Below, piece by piece: positions 11,919 to 23,900 of a stretch of 64,000 nucleotides of DNA. The position numbers and the translations under genes are program-made. Position 1 is the first letter of the stretch, and the number at the start of each line of letters is the position of its first letter. The DNA is from Vicugna vicugna. Its lineage: Eukaryota. The DNA is taken from contig MU058384.1 of the NCBI GenBank assembly GCA_013265495.1, forward strand, positions 3,767,239 through 3,831,238, in the 5' to 3' direction. A model generated the notes under the pieces. It was not told the origin of the DNA and searched no databases. It saw nothing but the letters and a program-made list of their open reading frames with translations.

Positions 11919-14900
11919 TCTCACATCTTTATCCATTCATCTATCAATGGACATTTAGGTTGTTTGCATGTCTTGGCTATTGTATACTTAAATTCTTAAA
12001 ATTCTTTTTCTTATCTGTCAAAGTTTATATTTGCTATTTATATTTTTCTAAGATTTTGAAAATTATATGGATATGATGTTATCTTTAAATATACTCAACA
12101 CCAAATAGTTATTTACACAAAAATTAACCAGAGTAAGGACAGTTATAGCTAGGTGAACATATTCCTAACCAGAGAATATGTTCACTGGGATTGCTCTGAA
12201 CAGACCTCATTATAATAAAAGCTATGGGGTTTATGTCCATGTCCAGATTCATGTCCATGAATCTGCTCAGACCAGGACTAACACTGCTTCCAGTCCTTCC
12301 TCTAGGCCTTCCGTTGGCATCATGGCTGGCACATACCTCAGTGCCACTTTCTACCCAGGGCCACCGTGGAGGACCATCCTTGCTCTGGCCATAGGGAGGC
12401 CTAAAGCACTGAACTGTCCAAAACTTAATTGTGCTCTTCTCCTCTATGGTGGAGAGTTGACTATATATGTGATTACTACAACTGAAGAGAATGATAAAAA
12501 GAAGACGTATGGGCGTGGGGGACATCACATCTATTGGGCATTTTCCATGAAGGCTTAATTATTTTACCAGTGAGGAAACTGAAGCTGGGAGAGGTTGAGT
12601 GACTTTCCCTCAAGGCTCATAGTTAGCATGTTGTAAATCCGAGACTCAGACCCTGGTCTGTCTGATGCTGATGTCTGTGTTCATCACCACTCGGTCCTCC
12701 TACCTCTGTTTCAAAGGAAGCTCAGCATGCTCTTCAGCCAAGGTCGCATCTTTCCTTTTTTATCTATCTAAACTCTAAAACTTGCTAACTTTATCAATAA
12801 TGTATAATGGAAGTCTGTTTTATCTCCCCATTTATTAAACATCCTTCTCTTTAGATTTGAAAAAGTGAGATGAAACCTCTAGAGGTTACCTTTTCCAGCT
12901 TCAAATAAGTCCTTTTTAAAAGATGAAATGAAAAGTGGAATGAAATATATTCTATTTTGAAATGAAAAGTGAAAGTCCATGAGAGCCTTTCATATTTTCC
13001 TTTATCTATATTTTTGTCTCTCTTTCCTAAAATGGAATAGAATGAAAGGATAAATATATTTGTGTGAAGCATTATTCTAAACTCAACATATTTAGTACAA
13101 AGTGTAAAAAAAAGGAATTTCATGGACAGAAAGATTTAAAATAGTAGCTGAGAATAGAAATAACTCTTTTTATAGAACTGTTTCCTTGAAATATATTTCA
13201 CATACCATACAATTTCATTTAAAGTGTACAATTCAATGGATTTTAGTATATTAACAGAGCTGTGTGACCGTCAACACCATAAATGTTAAAATATTTTTAT
13301 CACCCTCTGAAACCCCCCTCCCCATTAGCAGTTTCCCTCCCATTTCATCTCAAATCCCCTAGACCTAGGCAACCACTAATCTACCTTCTGTCTCTATAGA
13401 TTTGCCTATTCTGGACATTGCATGTAATGGGATCATACAATATATAGTCTTTTGTGACTAGCTTCTTTCGTTTAGCATAGTGTTTTCAAGGTTTAAGAAA
13501 TAAGTCCTAAGAGAATGTTTATCTTTGTGAATTGTCTGTACATACTTGCTAATTTTAAAATGACCTACATAAAGCATCTTCCTTAGATAATCCATTGGTC
13601 ACATGAAGAAAACAGGTGTCTCGAGTTAAAGTTGGTTTGTTGGAATTGTCTGTGAATTAGTTTGCTCAGTGTTTTGGAGCAAAAGCCGTTGAAATCTGTA
13701 GTCAGGGTTTTGTCCCTGTTTGGATTAGTTGACTCTGCCCCACCCAGGGCCAGAGACTGCATTTCTAATCTCACTCCACCAACTTGAACCTTCATAGGGA
13801 CTGTAGGGAAACTGGAAGGACTGTGGATGGGTAAGCACAAATCCATCACCATTAGCAGAAAAGCAACTCAAAAGAAATCCTTGTTAGACGCTGTAGACAT
13901 GCAATAGCATAAAAAAACAAAAACAAAAAAGGCTTAGGACAGAGGTTTACAGAGGACTATCAAAATCTAATTGTTATTTCTATCCTGCCAAACTTCACTA
14001 ATGTGAATCAATATATTAAATAGAGTTTTTAAAAGATAATTGGCCTAAACTGTGTCTGTAATCTATTTTGAAACAATGGTGTTTCCTTCCTCTACCTTAG
14101 GAGAAATCTCCCTGGAGATAGAGCAAAAGCTCTTGACATTATGCTTCCCCTGGTGCAAAGTGAAGGGCAAGTGGCTTCGGATATGTATTGCCTCGTTGGT
14201 CGAATCTACAAAGATATGTTTTTGGACTCTAACTTCATGGACACTGAAAGCAGAGACCGTGGAGCATCTTGGTAAGTGTACAGGGAGAGATAGTTGATAA
14301 ATCCATGACATAAAAAGTCGTTTGCAAATGAGAGTGTTAAATTATTCTTATTTTCCTTTAGATTATATATTATTAAATAAAATCTTGGAATTTATAGCTT
14401 GAGTAAATAATTTTGATGAAATTCATTCAATAAGGCAGAGTAATTTTGAGTAAATTAGATGAATAGATGATGATTTAAGAAAAACAGAATTTTTAAAAAA
14501 GATATTATAAATATAATGTATACTACAATACAAAATATTGGGGAACAGTTATAAAAATTTATAGAAAGACAAGAAAGAAGACCTGAATGAATGGGAAAAT
14601 ATACCAAGGTTGTGGATGAGAAGACTTGATATTTTGAAGACGTTAATTCTCCACAGCAGGGCTTTTCATGTAGTTTGACAAATTGATTCTAAAATATATT
14701 TGAAAAGAGGGGAGCCCAAAATGGGCAAAGCAGTTTTGGAGAGTAAGGTGGAGGGACTTGTTCTACAAGATAATGACACCAACTATAACGATGTAATAAT
14801 GAAGATACTGCAGTAGGAGTGTAGGCATAGACAAATAAAACAGTGGAACTGCAGAGAGAGCCTGGAACAGGCAGAGATGTATATATAAGACTAGATTTAT

Positions 14901-17900
14901 GACATGATATGTTTCATGAGCCAGAGTGAAATAGATGGACTCTTCAAGAATGGTCCTGAGAAAATTTATCTGCTTGTAAAAATAAAATAAAAATGAATCC
15001 CTACTTTAACCCATGCACACAAAAAAAATCCAAGTGAAATAAGATCAAATATTTTTTTAAAATCCTCAGAAAGATATATTTAGAATAAGATATACAAACT
15101 GAATTTATGACTTTAGGATAGGAAAGAATTTTTAAACAAGGCTTAAAAAATATCATAAACCATTCAAAAAGAAGAGATTGGGAAACTAGAGTCCATTAAA
15201 ATTTGCATTGCTCATCAAGGTGCTAGCTTTTGTAAATGTCAGGGTAGATTCTATTGTACTGATCCTCCTGCTTATAACACTATGGAGGTTAACAAAAATG
15301 TATAACTCTGACAATTTCAGTTGTTGGCAAGGCTATTTGAGAAATGGGAGTCTCAGTCCCTACTGGTAGTGGTGGAAAATGTTTTGACCACTTAAAGCCT
15401 TTGGCATTGTCAAGAAAAGCTGACAGCTTACCCTAGATCCAGCAGATCTCCTCCTAGTAATATACCCTAGAGACACTCTTGAAGTTTCTCTACATAAAGG
15501 TTTCAGTGTTTAAAAAAAGTTGAGCAAAATAAGATGGCAGAAGGATACACAGAGCATGATATTGTTTATAGAAACTAAAAATGTACACACCTAGTAAAAG
15601 TATAGGTGCATGAATGCACACCATAAATTCCCAATCAGTATGACAGGTACCAGTGGCGAAGGAGTAGGAAGGAATCACGGAAGGCATCACATGCAGCTGC
15701 AAGAATATTTAAAACATTTTATTTCTCGTGGGAAAGGTATAGCTCAGGTGGTAAAGTGCATGTTAGCATGCAGGAGGTACTGGGTCCCCAGTAAATATAA
15801 TAAAATAAAAATAAAAAGTAAATAAACCTAATTAAAATAAAGTAAAAATAAATAAATAAACCTAATTACCTACCCCCCTACCGAAAAAAAAGCCTAAAAA
15901 AAAAATTAAAGAAAATATTTTATTTCTTAAGCTGAGTGGTGGGTATGTCGTTGGGAGGTGTCGCTTACATTATTCTTCTGTACTTTTTAGTATTTCTAAA
16001 ACATTTCCCAAATATTCCTTGATTTAAAGAAATATACTAAACGAGGTTGACCTAGTTCAGGTGTTTCTCAATGACAGCTATAACATTTTGAAAGTTGTGA
16101 AACAGAAATCTTAATGTTTCAAAATCTTGTGCCATCCTAGAAGTTTAATGGATGACTGAAATTGGGATAATGGGTTATAACCAGGGAGGAAAACTTGGCG
16201 ACAGTGATTTCCTAGACTTTCATGGACAGTTTTGGTTCAGAATTTTAAATTTGTATTATATTTTTTTACTACAATCCAGAGAGTTTTACAGTTTCTCTTA
16301 ACCAAATTTTTTTCTGCTGTTACAAAAGAGAAATGGAACTATGCAGACTTTCTATTACTGGAAAATTTCCTCTTCCGGAAAATATTTCCAGAAGAATCTT
16401 AATTGTAGGAGAATTAAAATCCGATGTTTGGAAGCATTGTGTTGGTATAAATGTTTTGATTTGGTAGTGATGATGAAATGCTTAGGTAATTTTTTAAAGC
16501 CTGACTTTAATGGTCGGTGAATTCAAACGAAAAACATCTTCTAAGAAATGAGCGTGCATTGTGCACAGGAATAAATTAGAAGTGTTTCTCCATTTGAAAA
16601 ACCAAACAGTTTAGACTACTGAGAGCTTTCAAGGTCAGGTAAAGTTCAGTAAGGAACAAAATTTTTTTCTGGTGTGTTTTCGTTTTAACTTTCTATACTT
16701 TCCAATTCTGGTTTTTTCTATGGTTCCCATTTAGCGGAAGAATATTAACTTTCAAAAGAGCTTTGTGTTCAAAGTCTTCAGGTCAAATTAAAGATGTCAG
16801 TTTTTTATTATTTCATTTTAAGCTATTTATTGATTTTCCAGTAAGAACAGGGAAGGCTCAAAGCCTTCCTGGGAGGAAGGCTTTAATGGGAGGATCCGTA
16901 GGAGTTAATCTTGGTGTGTCACTCACTGATTTATTGAGTAATATAAGAATATTATTTCTACCGTAGATAGGTTACCTGTCTATAACCTGCCATAATTGTC
17001 ATTATATCCATTTGTCCTAAAGGTCGTTAAGAAGATTTCCCCTCATTTTAAAATGGGTGCTTTTTCATGTCTTCACACTTGTAAAGCCATTTTGGTATTT
17101 CTTAGTGTTTCGATCCAACAACTCCCACAGTACCACAAAAATACACAGTCTTGGTTGATGTTTTGGCATCGTCCCTAACCAACGCACCCTTCCCCCCAGC
17201 CCCTTTCTGTTAAAGCTGAGAAGTAAAGCATGGTTGTCGAGGTGCTAACACAAGAGGGTGTTACTGAGATTCTTAGGCATCTGGCCAGACTTACCCAGGG
17301 TTATGCATTTCCTGAGTCATGGGTCCCAAAGGGATGTTTCAACTGACCTTTTTTGAGCCATAAGCTTCTGACTTTTCACTTGTCAAATGCCGGGATGGGA
17401 TAAGGGGTAAGTGGCTGGCAGTCAGACCCGAAAGCATCTTCCAAGGACTCTTTCCATAGCCTGAATCATTTTCTGTTGGCTTGAATGGACAGTCATCTAC
17501 CGATCATGGGAAGTGTAAGGATAAGAGCTGCAACTCAGAAAAAGAGCCCCAAGCACTTGTGATTACAGAGGCACATAGAACTCTTTCTTGAGGCTCTCCC
17601 ATTTAATGTCTTTAATGAGTTTCCTGTTCTGCCTTACAGTACAGGAGGAAAGTTTGACATTCCTCTGAGCATTGTAGCTGGTAGGAGAACCATACCAGGG
17701 CACTTTTTACTTCTAAGGAGACCTTCTGTTGCAGACCTGTTTTCTGAGAGGCTTACATAGGATTCAGATTACAAAAATAGAAAATAAGAAAAAAAAGTGT
17801 AGTTTAGGTTTTTTAAGTCTGCAAAATCGTGATATATTGTAGAACAAACTTTAATTGTTGCATCTTATCCGGGACAGAGGGTGAGTGGTTTGAAAGAACA

Positions 17901-20900
17901 CATCCTGCTGATTTAAGTATAAAAAAAGAGTAGTTCTCTAACATTTGCTGTTTTTAATTGTCACTTCCTTAGTTATTTTGGGTCATTGAAGCTCTTGTGG
18001 ATGTCTAAAATAATGCTACTTTTTCTATATTTAAGTATCTATAATCCAAGTTATGGTATGAAAAATGCCTTTTTGATCTCTAAGGAATTGAACTGAGTTT
18101 AGCTTTTAGTTGTGAAAAGGTTGTAGCTTTTTATCATAGCTGTTCTATATAAAGTTAAGTATCAGTTAAAGAAAGCAGCAGTGGTACCTGTCACCAGTGT
18201 TGGGGAGATGTTTGGGGTTGCGGCAGGGTAAACAGCCAGGTAAGGATAAGCGGGGAAGCTGGGAGGTGGCCAGCTTTCAAAGTAGGAGCTATTGTGACCC
18301 AAGAGCCTGGACTTACATCCTGAAAAAAGGCCACAGAGTTTCTGAAGTGACAGACTTAACTGGAATAACCCAAGACCATACTATGGACCGTGACTTGGCA
18401 GGGCTATGAAAAGTTCATTGCCAACATTATCTCCATAATTTCTGTTTTAATCTAACCTAAAAAAGAAATAACCGCAAAATAGTTATGCTGAATTCATATG
18501 CCACATGATTTACTGAGAACATTTTGTTGCACGAGTGTTGGTTCAATAGATAGAAATAATGATCAATCCCTTAAACTTCAGAGTCCACACAAGGGTTTGG
18601 TATATGTTCTTAACCATTGGAGGCTTATAGGCCCTGGTGAAGTAGGCAAGGCTGACATTTTTCTTCCCATTTTTCAACTTAGGCAAGTGAAACCCAAAGA
18701 ACATTAGTGAATTTCTTGATGTTTTGTGATAAATAAAATTTCAAGTCTAATTTTTTCAGGTCCAGTGTTCTTTTTACAATATCCTAAGCTCTCTTTCCTG
18801 GAATTTCCAGGAACAGACATTTCTAGGAATATCTGTACTGTTTTGTTCCATAGGCCTGGACTTTTAGGAGACTGACATGAAATTAATGTTGACCCAATAC
18901 TTGGAAACAGTGTAATCTTGAGCAAGTTACTTAACCTTCAGGAAATTCAGTTTTCTTGTTTGAAAAATAAGAATAATACCCACCTAGATGAGTTAAAATG
19001 CTCTTAGCATCCAACACATAGCAGAATACCTTACTCCAATGAACTTAAGCAATAAAAAATGCACTTCCTAAAACATGAAGTCCAGAAATAGGGCTGAGTC
19101 AGGCGTAGGTTGAGTTGGCAGCTTAAAACTGTCAGCTGGGTGGGTCTGTTTCCTGGTTATTGCTCTGAGTGGCTCTGCCCTCAGTCTGGCCTTCTTAGGG
19201 TTGCAAGGTGGCTGGGGCCATTTCAGGCATCAGTCGAACTTAGCTATGCCTGAGTCTGAGACGAGAGAAAAGGAGGCCATCTTTTTCTGTATCTTTTTCT
19301 TGGGACTAAGAAATCACTCATAAAAACCAACACCACACTTTCCTTACATTTCTTTATGCTTCGAGGATTTCATCATCAGCCCATTACTACACAAATCACC
19401 GACAAGGAAGATGGTATTAGTACAAATGGTTTAGACTTCTCACTTTAGCAGGAATGAATGTTCTGTTGTGAGGATTAAATGAAGCAACATATGTTAACAT
19501 CCTGGAATTTAGTAGACCCTCAGAGTTATATCCTTAGCGTATAATATGTGAAAATATTTTGTGTATCTTCATATAGTGTTGTATTTATCCATGTTCAAAA
19601 TGGATATTGACTAGATAATGGATAGTGATTCGATTCCCTTTTTCTAAAATATTCCTGAGTTTCCATTCTCTTCTTTCTGGACCTAGCTAAAGAGTTTAGC
19701 TAGTGAGGGAAAAGTCAGAGAATCTGTATGTTTGGACACAGGCCTTGCTTGAATTTCATATACCACAGCTGTCGTGGGGTCACGTGGGATAGGCAGTGAT
19801 TGCTTGAAATCAAATTTGGTTTTAGAGATGACGATATCTCATTCTGGAGGGGAGATATGAAGTCATTTTCAGGTCTTTGACAGGAAATTAGGTGCTTGTA
19901 CTGTATTAGCATAATCATATCTCCCCTGTTGTAATGCCAAAAAGATCCATAGCCAGGAAATTAAAAGCATTAAGTCTGTTTTTAGCATTAATATGTTCAC
20001 TTTTCCATAGTAACTTGGGAAAGAACAGACAGCTTTGCCTTATCAACTAATTTTCTTTTACGTCAGTGACAGTGCTATTCAAACAGTAATGTGTGCCTAG
20101 TAACTGTTTAGTTTTTATATTATTAATAGGATTGGCTTTACTCAGGAAGAGTTATGTAACCAACCAACTGACATACAAATAAAGACCAATGTCTATTTTC
20201 CATTTGCTAAATTAGCAGCCCCCCTTTTTTTTTTCTTAGCTTTGAGATACCTTTCTCCATGTTATCTCTGTTTCTCCTACCCTTCTTACCCACCAGAGTT
20301 TTAGCTCACCATTATTCCACTGACGTCATTTTTCTTTAGTCCTTGTTGTGTCTATTAAGTGCGTTTCCAAATTTTGGATGCCTTTTATCCTTAGAATACC
20401 AAACCTTAAGAGTTTTTAGCAACTCAGCTTGACACCTGGCTCATTGGTGTCCAGATATAGATGGCTCCTAAGGGACCAACAATTCTGGGATAATTGGAGA
20501 CTTGAGTAAAACACAGTGTTCCCCCAAATGCTTTGTAAACAGTGCTCAAGAAAGAAACTCAACTATAATGCATTTAAATATAAGAATACAGTTAGGTTGC
20601 AAGTCTATCACTCAAACACTAACCAAAAGAAATCTGCTGTGATTATATATTAATATCAGACAAAACTGACCTTAAGGCAAAAATTACTGCAAGAGATAAG
20701 GAAGAACAATTCATAATGATAAAAGGCTAAATTTGACAGGAAGATTTATAATGCCCCCCTTTTTGCTCCTGATAGTTTTGCATAACACTAATTTGTATTC
20801 TCTCTCTCTCTTTCTCTGATGAACAGTCTACCTAGGAGTTTATCGATTTTAATAATTTTCTCATAGAACCAACTTTTGGCTCTGCTGATTTACTTTATTG

Positions 20901-23900
20901 CACATCCACTTTCTACTTCATTCATTTCTGCTCTTTCCTTAATTATATCCTTCCTTCTACTTTGAGGATAATATGCTGTTATATTTCTAGATGGAAGCTT
21001 AGGGGCACTGATTTTTTCAGTCTCACTCCTTGCCCAGCATATGCATTTAAAGATATAAATTGTTCTGCATCCCAGAAATTTTGATCTATTGAACTTTCAA
21101 AATCACCCAGCTCAAATATCTTTTAATTTTCAGTGTGACTTCTTTGACCCCTGAGTTATTCAGAAGTAGGCTGTCCAATTTACAGACATATCTTTCTTTC
21201 TTGTTCTCTAGTTTAATTCTGTTGTGATGAGAGGCGCCTTTACAGCCCAGGATACAGTCCACCGTTGTTGGGTGTAGTGTTCCACATAAGTCAGTTAGAT
21301 TAATTTGGTTTATCATGTTATTCACATTCCATATCTTCACTGATTTTTGTCTGCCTATTTTATCATCAGTGAGAGAAGTGTTTTAAAACCTCCAGCTGTG
21401 AATGTAGATTTGTCTATATATTTTTTAGCTTTGTCAATTTTTGCTTTATATATCTTGAAGCCATGTTAATAAGTATGTTTAGGATTATAAATCTTCCTGT
21501 CAAATGTACCCTTTTATCATTGTGAAATGTTCCTCCTTATATCTTGTGATAATTTTTGCCTTCAAGTTAATTTTGTCTGATATTAATATATAATCACAGC
21601 AGATTTCTTTTGGTTACTGTTTGAGTGATAGACTTTCAACCTAACTGAATTCTTATATTTAAAGTGTGTCTCTTTTAAATGCATTGTGGTTAAGTCTCTT
21701 AATTTTTCCTTTCTTTTTTTCTTGTGTTTTGCAGCTGTTCTTAAATTTAACAAATTTAAAGTTCTTAAATTTGTCAGATCTCTTTTATTTGGAGTGTTTA
21801 GATCATTTGCATTTAATGTGGTAACTGATGGTTGCAGTTATGTCTATCATCTTGCTATTTATTTTCTACTTATTTCATATGTTCTTTGTTCCTTTTGTCC
21901 TCCATTCCCCCCTTTTTTCTATTAATGTAATGTTACATTTTATCCTCTATTAGCAATTTAGTAATACTTTTTATATTACGCTTTTAGTAGTTCTCCAAAA
22001 ATGACTGTCTACATCCTTGACTTCTATGTTCTACCTTAAATTTGTATGTCACCATTTCCTGAGCAAGGAAAGAAACTTAGAGCAGTTTAAATATTCACTA
22101 GTTTTAAAATAGTTAACATCTTTTCCATTCAGTCAGATATTTACTCTTTCTGATGCTCTTTCTGCAGTTCAGTGCTCCCAACTGAAATCACTATGTTTTA
22201 GCCTGAAGAAGTACTTTTAGTATTTTTTGTAGTAAGGATCGTCTAGCAACTAATTCTGCCAGTTTTACTTGTTTAAAAACTTTCTTACACCTTTTGCTTT
22301 TTTCTTTTATTGCTCTAATGATGTCCTTGCATTATCTTTTAGCTTCCATAGTTTGTACAACTTATTGTTATGGAGTGCTATGGGCCATAGAAAATATATA
22401 TTATTAATATATTGGTATTTATATTTTGGTTAAAAATATTTTAAAATATATTATTTATGGTAACAGAAGAACAGATATAAACCCCCAGTTTTCATCTTGG
22501 TTAGTCTGGTACATAGGAAGCACTTAGTCAATATTTATTCATTAATTTGGGATTGTCTTGCTTTTCGCATCTTTCTTTGAATATATGTAAGAGAAACATC
22601 CCATGTTCTTTTCTCTTAGAAGAAAGGAAAAGAATTTATTTGTTGAAAAATACTGAATATCTTGATATGAATTGGTAGAAAGTATAAAGTGTTGGTAAAA
22701 ACAAAGGTATTCATTCCCTTCTTCTCCTGTATCTTTATTGGAACCTTCTACTTGCCTCTGAACAAACACAAAGACCTTTGGTCTTATATGAGTATAAGAC
22801 TTATAAATCATGTCCTTCCTTGATATGACCTGCTTTGGATAGCAGCTGTCTGGGTACATACTTTTTCCATTTTAGATTTGGGAAACACCTGTACTTCTGG
22901 AGAGATAAAAATGCTTTTTAATCAGCAACAGTGATACAGTTGGAAATTTTTTTTTTCTTATTCCACATACATAAGTATTTGAGTCAACTAGGTAAGATGA
23001 ATGTTTAATTGATTTTTGTTTTGTTTCAGAGAAATTTGTGCTACTTAAAAAGTAAGACCCTTAAAAAGGACACATGATTCTCAATATTCAGCAAAGCTGT
23101 ACTTTTCCTTTTGTTTTGAAGTTTAACTTACCATTTTAAATTATGGAAAATTTCAAGTGTATATAAAAGCCAAGAATGTACTCAAAGGTACACTGTTGTG
23201 CCAGCCACCATCTTTTATTTTCACAATTAATGATTTTAATAGAAATGCCTTTATCTTGGAATTTTAATGTGCTTTTCCCTAAATGGCCTTTTTTGGTATC
23301 ATTAAATGGTCATTCATTAGGTATTTAGTCTTTATATTTTCCTCAATCTGATTTTTTAAAAAATAGAGATGTCATTTTTCATGTTTGTCTCAGATTCTAT
23401 TAGTCACCAGGACATTTATTTAAATTTTGCTCTTCATGCTCTCAAATGAAATAATACTGAATATTGATGCCTGTTAAATGATGTATAGGAGAAGACCCTT
23501 GAACGGACCCTAGGAAATTTTACCTTGAAAATACAGTGGATGTACAAACACTGAAGACTTTTCCAATGCTGAAGCATTTTTAAAGGTTGATATTCAGTTT
23601 CATGCATATTCAGGAAACGGTTCTCATTCTCTTTGAGCCAAAATTAGTATGCACAGGCACAGTCTCTGTTTTTCTTGATTTCTTTCTGCAATTGACATTC
23701 TTTATTGCATGTCTATATCACTTTTATGGAAGTGATTGTTTCAGTGTTACCTAGATGATCTTCCTCATCGCTTCTTGTATTTTTAAAGCTTTTTAAAAAT
23801 CACTTTTTAAAATACATGCAAGGTTTTTATTTTTAAATTTTCAGTGCTTACACGTGCTCACATATACACGCTCTCTCACGTTTCTGGAAGACTGTTGAAG

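Noticed and set aside
11676..11936. ORF with repeated YLSI
   Set aside because: Translation of the (GATA)13 microsatellite.
12124..12558. Overlapping antiparallel ORFs (134 and 126 aa) with a 10-bp inverted repeat at 12244-12265
   Set aside because: No recognisable protein similarity or splice context; the hairpin is too short to interpret.
21086..21340. 84-aa ORF as a gene
   Set aside because: Decayed L1 ORF2 endonuclease remnant.
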